A DNA stretch of 64,000 nt, taken from NCBI GenBank assembly GCA_934148015.1, contig CAKPCU010000003.1, forward strand, positions 16,416-80,415, read 5' to 3'. A program made the translations under genes and the position numbers. Below, piece after piece: positions 38,446-47,951 of this stretch. Below the pieces are notes generated by a model that saw only the letters and a list, made by a program, of their open reading frames with translations, searched no databases and had not been told where the DNA came from. Every line of letters starts with the position of its first letter. Positions within the stretch are counted from its first letter, which is position 1. Source of the stretch: an uncultured Bacilli bacterium. Its GTDB lineage: Bacteria > Bacillota_I > Bacilli_A > RF39 > UBA660.

Positions 38446-39084
38446 TTACTTTCTCATCTCCTTTCTAACGATTTTATATTCAGGACAATATTTATTAACG
38501 GTTTCCCAAAAATCTTTACTATGATCAAAGTGTACAAAATGAGATAATTCATGTACAATTACATAATTTAAATATTTATGATCTTTTTTTATAAGCTCAA
38601 AATTAAGTGTAACAGAATTATTCTTTCTATTACATACACCCCATCTCGTTTTCATATTTCTAACCTTTAAAGTAGGATAAGGTATTTTCTCATCAAATGC
38701 ATAGTAAGCTTCATCTAAATATATCCTAAAAACTTCATAAGCTTTATTTTTATACCATTTATCTTTCATTTTAACATCTTTTACAATAAGTGTATTATCA
38801 GAAAAAATAGGTTTTAAAACATCTTTATATATAATAGTAATTTCCTTACCCAAAATCTTACTATTTTCATCAAGCTTCTTGTTATTAAGTTCTATTGTTT
38901 TTAATAACATGTTCTTAATACTATCTATATTATCATAAAGAATTTTTTCTATCATTTTATTAGTATATAAAAAAGGACAACTTACCTTTATATTTAAATT
39001 ATCATCTACTCTAATATATAAATTCTTATTTTTCTTTCTTGATACTTCAACATTATACATTTTATCATCAATATTTATATTCAT
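38446..39084 (-). CDS. YgjP-like (DUF45) metal-dependent hydrolase
   Basis: HExxH in ..YVIVHELSHFVHFDHSKDFW... Start uncertain (39084 or 39108). Confidence 0.7.
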   Translation of the reverse strand: MNINIDDKMYNVEVSRKKNKNLYIRVDDNLNIKVSCPFLYTNKMIEKILYDNIDSIKNMLLKTIELNNKKLDENSKILGKEITIIYKDVLKPIFSDNTLIVKDVKMKDKWYKNKAYEVFRIYLDEAYYAFDEKIPYPTLKVRNMKTRWGVCNRKNNSVTLNFELIKKDHKYLNYVIVHELSHFVHFDHSKDFWETVNKYCPEYKIVRKEMRK

Positions 39085-39143
39085 ATTAACACCATCACTA
39101 CTAACCATTATAATATAACTTGAATTATTTTTAAAGTCTTACA

Positions 39144-39174
39144 AGAAAAAAAGCTTATGTAATAATTTACATAA
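39144..39174 (-). terminator. Terminator after the pilin-like gene
   Basis: ttatgtaa-taat-ttacataa with a U-run on the minus strand. Confidence 0.55.
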
Positions 39175-39183
39175 ACTGTTTAA

Positions 39184-39789
39184 CTAATTAAAATTTAGAT
39201 TTTTGTCATCCTTTGGGTTTCCATCAGTATCATAATATTTTCCTTTTGAGTCCCACCCAGCACAAATAGTTGTGTCGCCTGTAGTTTTACATTTAGTGAA
39301 ATAACTATCAGTATCACCCAATGAAGGACTTGCTTCACATAAAACTTTACCAACTTTATTATTTTGTTGTTCAGTTTCTTGACCACAATCAGAAATAATT
39401 CTTTTTTTATCAACTTGTATAGCTTCCTCAAATACAAATGATAATTTGTTAGATTCTTTAACAGCCCCATTTTCATAATAGTTATGTGACCATGTTATTT
39501 TTCTCTTTCCATTTCGGTTAGTCATCAATAAGTCACTATATTTTTTTGTGTCAAAATCAACGTAATTTTTATCTAGCAATGTTTGAATTTCTACTTTCAT
39601 TTCATTAGGATTATCAGCATCATATGCTCTAGCTGCTGTTAATATACTCCTAATAACATTTATTCTATTTTCTATTTCTTGTCTCTTTTTTATTTTACTT
39701 ACAGAGACAACACTAAAAGTTATTAAGATACTTAATATTACAAGCACTGCTAATACTTCTATTAAAGTAAAACCCTTTTTACTTTTCAC
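39184..39789 (-). CDS. Type IV pilin-like protein (N-terminal prepilin cleavage/methylation motif)
   Basis: (V)KSKKG|FTLIEVLAVLVILSIL. GTG 39789 follows AAGGAGTG. The C-terminal region has four Cys. Overlaps the trxA stop by 11 nt. Confidence 0.75.
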   Translation of the reverse strand: MKSKKGFTLIEVLAVLVILSILITFSVVSVSKIKKRQEIENRINVIRSILTAARAYDADNPNEMKVEIQTLLDKNYVDFDTKKYSDLLMTNRNGKRKITWSHNYYENGAVKESNKLSFVFEEAIQVDKKRIISDCGQETEQQNNKVGKVLCEASPSLGDTDSYFTKCKTTGDTTICAGWDSKGKYYDTDGNPKDDKNLNFN

Positions 39790-40084
39790 TATTAATCCAC
39801 TCCTTAAGTTCATTCTTATCCATATATCCTGATATCCTTTTAATCTCTACCCCATTTTTCATAAGTATTAGTGTTGGAACAGAATATATTTCATATCTTT
39901 TTGCAATATTACTACATTCATCAACATCTACTTTAAGTATAGGAAATTTTATTTCATCAGATATCTTTTCTAACACTAATCCAAGCATTTTACAAGGTCC
40001 ACACCAGGTTGCAAAAAAATCAATTATAACAATATCTTCTTTTATTTCAGTATCAAAGTTTTTCTCTTCTATGTGTTTAATCAT
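39779..40084 (-). CDS. trxA: Thioredoxin
   Basis: 101 aa with the WCGPC active site. Confidence 0.95.
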   Translation of the reverse strand: MIKHIEEKNFDTEIKEDIVIIDFFATWCGPCKMLGLVLEKISDEIKFPILKVDVDECSNIAKRYEIYSVPTLILMKNGVEIKRISGYMDKNELKEWINSEK

Positions 40085-40099
40085 ATTATAAATTCCTTT

Positions 40100-41041
40100 C
40101 TATTGTAAATCTTCTTCATACTCATCGTATTCTGTATAATCATCATCTGAATAATCATCATCAGAATCATCTATATAATAATCATCAGAATCATCATAGT
40201 CATCAGAGTTATCATCTTCAATATAATCATCACTATCAGAATCATCTATGTAATCATCATCTGAGTCATCTATATAATCGTCATCTGAATTATCATCGTT
40301 GTCTATATCATCATCATCATCTTTTTTATCACTAGGTGTCTTTTTCTTATTTTCACTTTTAGTACCTATAAGTTTGTTTTTTTCCTCTAGTTTAGCAATT
40401 TTATCTTCACTTATTAATTCATTCTCTTTAATATTTTCCACTATTTCATCATTTAACATACTAAAATTTTCTTTATTATTATCTTCACTATTAATCTTAT
40501 CTATAGCATACTTAGAACACTTATATACATCTTTATTTCTGCTTGACACTATGAATATATTTTCCATAATCTTATTTGAAATAGATGAGTTCTTAACAAA
40601 TTTCAAATTAAAGTTTGGACTCAATGCTAATATAAGCACATTGTACATAAATATAAACATAAATATAATTCCAACTATAGAACCTAATATTAATTTAAAT
40701 CCTCTTGTTTCTACACTCATATTAATTATTTTTTCTTTTATCTTTAATTTTACTAGTATCTTGTTAATTATATACATAAATAGTACAATAAATAATATAT
40801 AAATAATTATTCTATATGATATTATGTTAATGGATTTAAAGCCCTCAGCTTTTCCTTTAAAGTTTAAAAATGGTACATAGTTATATAATAAATTTGATAT
40901 CATTTTACTTATTAAACTGGATAATATCATCGATATATATAATATTATTGTATCACTTAACTGTTTTATAAAACCATTTACATATCCAAAATATGCTCCT
41001 AGTAATATTATTAGTATAATTAGTATATCTGTAACTGACAT
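40100..41041 (-). CDS. cvpA: CvpA-family membrane protein with polyacidic C-terminal tail
   Basis: N-terminus MSVTDILIILIILLGAYFGYVNGFI.. and four TM segments resemble CvpA. About 130 extra C-terminal residues. Confidence 0.75.
   Translation of the reverse strand: MSVTDILIILIILLGAYFGYVNGFIKQLSDTIILYISMILSSLISKMISNLLYNYVPFLNFKGKAEGFKSINIISYRIIIYILFIVLFMYIINKILVKLKIKEKIINMSVETRGFKLILGSIVGIIFMFIFMYNVLILALSPNFNLKFVKNSSISNKIMENIFIVSSRNKDVYKCSKYAIDKINSEDNNKENFSMLNDEIVENIKENELISEDKIAKLEEKNKLIGTKSENKKKTPSDKKDDDDDIDNDDNSDDDYIDDSDDDYIDDSDSDDYIEDDNSDDYDDSDDYYIDDSDDDYSDDDYTEYDEYEEDLQ
40103..40325. repeat. Low-complexity imperfect coding repeats (Asp/Ser/Tyr)
   Basis: Reiterated atcatc/gaatcatc units encode DDSDDDYIDDSDDDYIDDSDSDDYIEDD... 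Confidence 0.8.
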
Positions 41042-41186
41042 AAAAGTACCTCCTATATCTTATATTTTTATTATATAACACATTTATAAGAAATATATAT
41101 TTTTTTGTAAATACTTTACACATTAATTAACATATCTTTTATTTTAATTTATATTTATGATAAAATATTAACAAGAGGTGTTTTCT

Positions 41187-42128
41187 ATGACAATAGTATA
41201 TAAAATAAGTGATAATACTAAAGAGGAAATGATTAAGTATTATGAAGATAAAAAAAGAGATAAGACTCCTCCATATGCTATATTTCAAGCCGAAGAATCA
41301 GGTACTATAATTACCTTATATGAATCTGGAAAAGTAATGTTTCAAGGAATAAGTGCTGATATAGATGCTAATATGTGGAGAGATATGGAAGCTCATTTAA
41401 ATAATGGTAATCTTCCTATAGAAAATAAAAAGAAAGAAAAGAAAGAAAAAGATGAAAAAGAATTATATGAAGAAAGAAAAAAGTATTTTTATATTAATTC
41501 TATAGGTTCTGATGAAGTTGGAACGGGAGATTATTTTGGACCTGTTGTTGTAACAGCTTCCTTTGTAAAAAAAGATGATATAGAGTTTTTAACAGAACTT
41601 GGAGTTAGAGATTCAAAAAAATTAACTGATGATAAAATACTTAAAATTGTTCCTGAGATAATTAAAAAGATTCCTTATGAAACAATTGTATATTCTAATA
41701 AGGAATATAATAGCAAAAAGGAATTTAATATGAATAAAGTAAAGGCTATATTACATAATAAAGCAATATTATCTTTAATGAAAAAGGATAATTATAATTA
41801 TGATATGGTAATAATTGATCAGTTCTGTTATCCTAGAAATTATTTTGGTTATTTAAAAGAATCTAATAATGTTTTTAGAAGAATTACATTTACTACTAAA
41901 GCTGAAGATAAATGTTTATCTGTTGCTTGTTCTTCTTTAATTAGCAGATATGTATTTATTAAAGAGATGGATAAGATGTCTAAAATGATAGGCAAAAAAA
42001 TTCCTTTAGGAGCTGGTGTAAGTGTTGATAATTTTGGCCGTCAACTAGTTAAAGAAAAAGGAAAAGATATTTTAGAAGATATAAGTAAGATTAATTTTAA
42101 AAATACTGAAAAGATATTAAATATGTAA
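41187..42128 (+). CDS. rnhC: Ribonuclease HIII
   Basis: N-terminal substrate-binding domain plus RNase H catalytic ..GSDEVGTGDYFGP... ATG 41187 follows AGAGGTG. Confidence 0.9.
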   Translation: MTIVYKISDNTKEEMIKYYEDKKRDKTPPYAIFQAEESGTIITLYESGKVMFQGISADIDANMWRDMEAHLNNGNLPIENKKKEKKEKDEKELYEERKKYFYINSIGSDEVGTGDYFGPVVVTASFVKKDDIEFLTELGVRDSKKLTDDKILKIVPEIIKKIPYETIVYSNKEYNSKKEFNMNKVKAILHNKAILSLMKKDNYNYDMVIIDQFCYPRNYFGYLKESNNVFRRITFTTKAEDKCLSVACSSLISRYVFIKEMDKMSKMIGKKIPLGAGVSVDNFGRQLVKEKGKDILEDISKINFKNTEKILNM

Positions 42129-42244
42129 AAAGAGTATTTTGCAAAAGCATAAATAGTATGGTATCATGAATACGTAAGAAAAACTTACATAAAATAAAAA
42201 AGGAACACTTAATATTGCTGAGTTGAGTGTTACCTGTTGTAGGT

Positions 42245-42280
42245 ATCACCTAATTCAAAGCTGAGTTAGGTGATTTTATT
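42245..42280 (+). terminator. Rho-independent terminator after rnhC
   Basis: atcacctaa-12 nt-ttaggtgat followed by tttt. Confidence 0.6.
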
Positions 42281-42352
42281 ATCTTAAAATTACAAATAGT
42301 AATACTATAAGTAAAAGGATAATGATGATCAAAGAAAAATCTTTTGTAATAT

Positions 42353-43576
42353 TTAATTACCATGTTCTACTCTTTTCCATTTAACATCTTTTTTTGTTAT
42401 AGCTACTATAGCACATGGTATATAACTAATCATAAATATAGGATTATAAAATAATACTTTTATTTTACTTTTTAAAGCAAGATCTATTTTACGTCCTTCT
42501 TTTAATATAATAACTAAAGTCATTATAAGAAGTGCTAGGTATATAATAAATGTAAATATTAATAATTCTATTAATAATGTTTTATATAAATTATTTTTTA
42601 TAATTGAATTATATATTATCATACATATTAAGGATACATACCAAATAACTAGTCCTGTAACCATAAATATATATGGTATTATTCCAAAAGCTTCATCTAT
42701 CTTAGAAGCTTTATTTTTATTGGTTTTCTTTATTGCTTTTATCATTTTATTTCTATACATACCTCTAACAGTAAAATACCCTTTAATCCATCTTATTCTT
42801 TGATTAATAGTTCCTTTAAATTTAACTGGTTGTTCATCATAAAATACTGATTTTGTATTATAATATGTAGTTAAATTATTTAAGGTTGCATAAGAAGATA
42901 ATTCATAGTCTTCTGTTAGAGTATGAAAAGGATAACCTTTAAGATTTTCTATTATATCCCCTCTTATATAAAAACCAGTTCCTGAAAACGTAATATTTTT
43001 ATTTTTCTTATTTTTTATATCATTAAAAACAGTATTTACAAGTGAAAACGTAAGTGCTGAAGCTGCTGAAATAACGCTTTTATTTCCATTCTTACAATTT
43101 CTGTAACCTGATGCTAAGTCATAGCCCATATCATATATAGGAATCATATTTTTTATATAATCTTTATCTAATATGTTATCTGCATCAAATATGAAATAAG
43201 CATCATATTTTTTAGTCTTTAATATTTCTTTAACAGCTTCATCTAAAGCATAGCCTTTTCTTTTAAGATTAAGTTTCTTTCTTAATATAACCGTTACATT
43301 ATATTTTTTACAAATATTTACAGTTTCATCTTCTAATGATTCAACAATTACATACACATCTTTTAAATTAATTTTAACACTTTGATTTTTAATACTTATA
43401 AGTAAGTCCTCTATTACTTTTGATTCATATCTAGCTGGAATTAGAAAACAAAAGTTATGACTGCCTCCTTTTTTTATTGGTTTATTATCATTTTTTCTTG
43501 TTATAAAAAAGCATATAAACATAATAATAAGTCCAATTAATATTAATGATAATGAAAATAATCTAATAAAACACAT
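42353..43576 (-). CDS. Membrane-embedded processive family-2 glycosyltransferase
   Basis: DAD, TED and QRIRW motifs, with an N-terminal TM and C-terminal TM bundle. Confidence 0.8.
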   Translation of the reverse strand: MCFIRLFSLSLILIGLIIMFICFFITRKNDNKPIKKGGSHNFCFLIPARYESKVIEDLLISIKNQSVKINLKDVYVIVESLEDETVNICKKYNVTVILRKKLNLKRKGYALDEAVKEILKTKKYDAYFIFDADNILDKDYIKNMIPIYDMGYDLASGYRNCKNGNKSVISAASALTFSLVNTVFNDIKNKKNKNITFSGTGFYIRGDIIENLKGYPFHTLTEDYELSSYATLNNLTTYYNTKSVFYDEQPVKFKGTINQRIRWIKGYFTVRGMYRNKMIKAIKKTNKNKASKIDEAFGIIPYIFMVTGLVIWYVSLICMIIYNSIIKNNLYKTLLIELLIFTFIIYLALLIMTLVIILKEGRKIDLALKSKIKVLFYNPIFMISYIPCAIVAITKKDVKWKRVEHGN

Positions 43577-43585
43577 AATAATCTC

Positions 43586-44716
43586 CTATGCAAAGTAAGC
43601 TAAATAACTTAATATCCCAATTAATATTATGCTTGCTATAAAGCCATTTATTTTTTCTGATTTAGAAGTTTTGTATTTTACACCAAGTGCTATTGATATA
43701 ATCATTCCACCGATTAAACCTCCTAAATGTGCATACATATTTATTCCAGAAATAACAAATCCAAGCATTAAATTAACTGTTATTACTGGAAGTATTTGTT
43801 TTCTTAATGCTTCTGCCATATAAGTTCTTTGATTTAATGCAAAGTATAATGTCGAACCCATAAGTCCAAATATTGCTCCTGATGCTCCAGCTGAAATTGT
43901 ATTACTAGGCATAAGAATAAGAGAAAGTAAATTACCAACTATACCACTATATATAAATATAATAAACATTTTTATATGTCCATAAAAGCTTTCTGTCTGT
44001 TCACCTAATATTTTAAGAGCCCAAGCATTCATTATAAAGTGAATAAGACCAATATGTAAAAACATACTACTTATTAATCTAATAGGATTTTTATCCTTAA
44101 TTAGTGCACCAAATTTCTTTAATGTATTAATTGATGTGGAACCACTACCAAATACACTCATAAGTATCATTAAAGCAAACATAATTATAATTAATGTATA
44201 TGTAACAAAAGGCTTTTTCTTAGTAAATAATTCTTCTATTTTTTCTGATTCGTTTAAATTTTTTCTTAATATATCTTCATTTATTTTTTTATAAAGATTA
44301 GCTCCTTCTTCTGTAAATTTTAATTTATCAGTTATATCTGGAAAATTATTCTTTATTATTTCATTTTTAATAAGCACTTTATCGCTTTTATACCATACTT
44401 TATAATTATTTTTAGTGTCATTAAGACATAAGTTATCATTTAAATCTAGATAAATAGACATAACTTTCATACTGAATGTAAATGTTTTAAATTTTATTTG
44501 TTTTGTTAATCTACTTACTTTAAAATCATCAAAATCAAGTTGTTCTTTATTATGAATATAGTTCATTACTATTCTAACTATTTTGTAGTTGCTGTCCATA
44601 TTTTCAAGCCATATTTCATTTTGAATGCCATGTACTATAACAGGACTATAGTTTTTTTCAGTTATAAAGTAATGAAGTAATTTCATTGCAACTAAATCTT
44701 TTTTATCATTTGTCAC
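43586..44716 (-). CDS. Rhomboid-family intramembrane serine protease with N-terminal cytoplasmic domain
   Basis: GASGAIFGL (Ser) and AHLGGLIGG (His) in the TM core. Confidence 0.85.
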   Translation of the reverse strand: MTNDKKDLVAMKLLHYFITEKNYSPVIVHGIQNEIWLENMDSNYKIVRIVMNYIHNKEQLDFDDFKVSRLTKQIKFKTFTFSMKVMSIYLDLNDNLCLNDTKNNYKVWYKSDKVLIKNEIIKNNFPDITDKLKFTEEGANLYKKINEDILRKNLNESEKIEELFTKKKPFVTYTLIIIMFALMILMSVFGSGSTSINTLKKFGALIKDKNPIRLISSMFLHIGLIHFIMNAWALKILGEQTESFYGHIKMFIIFIYSGIVGNLLSLILMPSNTISAGASGAIFGLMGSTLYFALNQRTYMAEALRKQILPVITVNLMLGFVISGINMYAHLGGLIGGMIISIALGVKYKTSKSEKINGFIASIILIGILSYLAYFA

Positions 44717-44726
44717 TTTTAATCAC

Positions 44727-45626
44727 CTACTCATTTTTATATTTATCTTTTATTTTATTAAATTCTTCTGGTTCTTCGCATGTAAATGTCATTATTTTAT
44801 TAGTTATAGGATGAACAAAACTAATTTTTTTAGCATGTAACATTTGTCCAAATGAACTTACAGTTTTTTTATTTCCATATACTGGATCATTTATTATTGG
44901 ATGATTAATATATTTCATATGTACTCTTATTTGATGAGTTCTTCCTGTTTTTAATTTTACTTCGATTAAAGTAGCATTTTTATATCTTTCAAGTACTTTA
45001 AAATATGTTATAGCTTCTTTTGAATTAACATCTGTTACGCACATTTTCTTTCTATCATTTATATCTCTTCCAATAGGTGCATCAATTTCTCCTGTATCAT
45101 GATTAATTCTTCCTGATACAAGTGCAATATACTCTCTATATAACGTTTTATCTTTTAGTTGCTTACTTAAAGCTTCGTGTGCTTTATCTGTTTTAGCTAC
45201 TATTAAAAGTCCTGATGTATCTTTATCTATTCTATGTACAATACCTGGTCTTAAATCTCCATTATTACTACTTAAACTATTAGTATAATGTAAAAGACCA
45301 TTAACTAAAGTATTAGTATAATGTCCATTAGCAGGATGAACTACCATACCAGAAGGTTTATTTATAACCATTAAAGAATCATCTTCATATATAATATCAA
45401 GAGGCATATCTTCTTCTTTAACAGAAGTTTCGAACTTTAATTCTCCTACTATTTCTATCTTATCATTTAATTTTAACACATAACTATTTTTAGTACTTTT
45501 ACAATTTACTAAAACTAAGTTTTGCTTTATCATTTCTTGTACTTTACTTCTTGAAATAGATAATTTATCTATTAAGAATTTATCTATTCTAACTAAGTCT
45601 TTTTCATCATCTATAATATAATTCAT
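44727..45626 (-). CDS. rluD: 23S rRNA pseudouridine synthase, RluD/RluA family
   Basis: S4 domain, HRIDKDTSGLL, KTGRTHQIRVH. ATG 45626 follows AGGAGTGA. Confidence 0.9.
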   Translation of the reverse strand: MNYIIDDEKDLVRIDKFLIDKLSISRSKVQEMIKQNLVLVNCKSTKNSYVLKLNDKIEIVGELKFETSVKEEDMPLDIIYEDDSLMVINKPSGMVVHPANGHYTNTLVNGLLHYTNSLSSNNGDLRPGIVHRIDKDTSGLLIVAKTDKAHEALSKQLKDKTLYREYIALVSGRINHDTGEIDAPIGRDINDRKKMCVTDVNSKEAITYFKVLERYKNATLIEVKLKTGRTHQIRVHMKYINHPIINDPVYGNKKTVSSFGQMLHAKKISFVHPITNKIMTFTCEEPEEFNKIKDKYKNE

Positions 45627-45687
45627 ATAAATCACTCCTGAAACACTTAAATATTATACCATAGATACATAAAAAGAAAAAGCATCA

Positions 45688-46149
45688 TTATTGCTTTTTC
45701 TCCTCTTTAAATGTACTTATAATCATAAGTATAACACCTATCGTAATAAATGAATCAGCTAAGTTAAAAACTGGAAATCTATAATTAAATATATATACTC
45801 CTATATAGTCTATAACGTAGCCTCTTACTATTCTATCTATTAAATTACCTAATATACCTCCAAATAATAAACCATATGTAGCATTAAGTAACTTATTATT
45901 TTTTCCCTTAGATAAATACTCTTTATTTAATAAGTATATTAAAAACAATATAAGTAATAAAGATATTATAAGTATTAATAATCTATTATTCCATAACATA
46001 CTAAATGCAACACCATAATTTTTTTCAAGTGATAAATATAAAAATTTTGGTATAACATTTATATAATTTAAATATGTGTTAGCTAAAAATTTTACTACTT
46101 GGTCTACTATAACTAATATAACTGTTAACACTGATATTTTTTTAATCAT
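45688..46149 (-). CDS. lspA: Lipoprotein signal peptidase II
   Basis: ..NYGVAFS.. and ..FNLADSFI.. motifs. ATG 46149 follows AAGGAG. Confidence 0.9.
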   Translation of the reverse strand: MIKKISVLTVILVIVDQVVKFLANTYLNYINVIPKFLYLSLEKNYGVAFSMLWNNRLLILIISLLLILFLIYLLNKEYLSKGKNNKLLNATYGLLFGGILGNLIDRIVRGYVIDYIGVYIFNYRFPVFNLADSFITIGVILMIISTFKEEKKQ

Positions 46150-46161
46150 ATACAATTCTCC

Positions 46162-47136
46162 TTATACATAAAATAGCAATATTAAAATAGATGCCATGAA
46201 GTTTTGAATAAAATGCATTGATATTGATACCCATATATTTTTAGAATCATAATATGCTTTTGCAAGACAAATTCCTAGTGCACTATATTGTAATATAAAA
46301 AGCAAATTATATATATTAGTATAGTTATTAATAACATGAAGAGCACCAAATAACATACCACTTATTATAATAAACAAATATTTATTGTTTAATATTTTTC
46401 TAATAGATAGCCTAAACGTAGTTTCTTCAACTATTGGAGCATAAAAAGATGTAAGTAAAAAAGTTAACATAGGAGTTTGTTTAAAAAGTAAATTAACTTC
46501 CTGCTGATTAATTGATGATTTACCCTTATTTAATAAAATTATAGGTATTCCAACTAATAGCATAACACCAAGCATTATTAAATATCTTTTAATTATGAAT
46601 CTAGAGTAAACTCTAAAATTATCTTTAAATATTTTAAAATTAGAAAATAAGTCTTTATACCATAGTGCAATAGTAAAAATTAATATAAAAGCATATATTA
46701 TAAATGGATTTATCTTGTTAAAAAATTTAAAGTTAGGCATAACAAACATTAAAAAAATAAATACTATAACAGTTATAATTCCTTTAAAAGTATCTTTTTT
46801 TACTTTTTCTTCTTTTATATCTGGTAAATTTACTTTCTTTTTTTCTTTTAATGATGATAAAAACATAAATCCTAATATACCAGGTATTATAGCATCTATA
46901 AACATATAAATACTAGAGATTAATATCTTAATATTATTATCTTTTAAATACTTTATATCATGCTTAGATTCTTTATACATAATAATAGTACATATTATAC
47001 TTATTATATAGAAAAATAAACTTGCTATTTCTTTATCTGTTATCTTAGTAAAAAACAAATTATAAATTACCATTACTATTATATATAAACTTTCTAAAAT
47101 ACAAGATAATTTTAAATAGTATCTTTTATCTTTCAT
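46162..47136 (-). CDS. CPBP-family intramembrane glutamic endopeptidase
   Basis: EETTFR, FGALH and HFIQN motifs. ATG 47136 follows GGGAGG. Confidence 0.8.
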   Translation of the reverse strand: MKDKRYYLKLSCILESLYIIVMVIYNLFFTKITDKEIASLFFYIISIICTIIMYKESKHDIKYLKDNNIKILISSIYMFIDAIIPGILGFMFLSSLKEKKKVNLPDIKEEKVKKDTFKGIITVIVFIFLMFVMPNFKFFNKINPFIIYAFILIFTIALWYKDLFSNFKIFKDNFRVYSRFIIKRYLIMLGVMLLVGIPIILLNKGKSSINQQEVNLLFKQTPMLTFLLTSFYAPIVEETTFRLSIRKILNNKYLFIIISGMLFGALHVINNYTNIYNLLFILQYSALGICLAKAYYDSKNIWVSISMHFIQNFMASILILLFYV

Positions 47137-47182
47137 CTTTTTTTCCTCCCATAAATTAAAAGCCCTATAATAAGGCTTTTTT

Positions 47183-47611
47183 TTAAAATAAATCATTAAA
47201 GTCTATATTACCATTTACTTCTTTGCCCTTATAAGTAATACTACTATCAAACGCTATAATAGCTGTAAAAATAGGATTTAAGAAAGTAAGACCTATACCA
47301 AAACCAACTTCTTTACCAAATGATTTAGCAAGTTTAATATTTTTAGATATTTCAAATAATAATACTGCTAATGAACCAACTCCTGGAATAATACTTAAGC
47401 ATCCAACAAATATGTAATACCAATTATACCCTATAATATCAAGCAATACTATATCACTATAAATAGGTACAATTGATGCCCAACCTGGTTTTCCAGCTTT
47501 AGTAAACATCTTCCATCTTACTATTATAGTAAATACTAGTATTAATGTAATAAAAATACCGAATGATGCTAAAAGTGCACCTAAACTTGCAAAAAGTTTT
47601 GTATTATACAT
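47183..47611 (-). CDS. Small polytopic membrane protein (DUF5684-like)
   Basis: ..WKMFTKAGKPGWASIVPIYSDIVLLDIIG.. resembles that family from memory. Confidence 0.6.
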   Translation of the reverse strand: MYNTKLFASLGALLASFGIFITLILVFTIIVRWKMFTKAGKPGWASIVPIYSDIVLLDIIGYNWYYIFVGCLSIIPGVGSLAVLLFEISKNIKLAKSFGKEVGFGIGLTFLNPIFTAIIAFDSSITYKGKEVNGNIDFNDLF

Positions 47612-47649
47612 TTAACATACTCCTTTCTATTATTAGTATAACATATTTA

Positions 47650-47877
47650 TTAATTTTTTTTAATTAAAATAACATCAGAGCCTATTTTTTTAATATCAGT
47701 CCAAGATACCATCATCTCTTCTTGTTTAAGCATGTTAAATATTCCTCTTTTTCCATATATAATAAGCTTAGTAATAGAACCATTTGCATTATCTATTAAA
47801 ACATCAATTACATTGCCTATCTTTTCACCTGTTTCAACATCTACAACATCTTTATTTTGTAAATCAGATAAACGCAT
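47650..47877 (-). CDS. ylmC: YlmC/YmxH-family sporulation protein (PRC barrel)
   Basis: MRLSDLQNKDVVDVETGEKIGNVIDVLID.. pattern. ATG 47877 follows GGTGAT. Confidence 0.8.
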   Translation of the reverse strand: MRLSDLQNKDVVDVETGEKIGNVIDVLIDNANGSITKLIIYGKRGIFNMLKQEEMMVSWTDIKKIGSDVILIKKN

Positions 47878-47951
47878 ATTAATCACCATCTAATTATATG
47901 TATATTTTTTAAAGTTATGTACCAATACATGATTAGAAAGGATGATTTAAA

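Noticed and set aside
39195-39476. 93-aa same-strand alternative-frame ORF inside the pilin-like gene
   Set aside because: It has no RBS, a Lys/Leu-rich product and lies wholly within the pilin frame, which has a canonical prepilin motif.
40103-40325. Reiterated nucleotide units, checked as a possible CRISPR array or satellite
   Set aside because: The repeats are imperfect, have no spacers, and are fully coding (the polyacidic tail of CvpA). No cas genes or regular repeat-spacer arrays occur anywhere in the window.
40299-40802. 167-aa plus-strand ORF opposite cvpA, and the similar 136-aa ORF at 53786..54196 opposite the WG-repeat gene
   Set aside because: These are antisense to well-supported genes and give low-complexity Ser/Leu/Phe products.
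47890-47950. SigF/SigG-type promoter upstream of the sigG-like gene (GTATA ... CATGATTA)
   Set aside because: The spacing between the candidate -35 and -10 elements is about 23 nt against the expected 17-18 nt, so it is not supportable.
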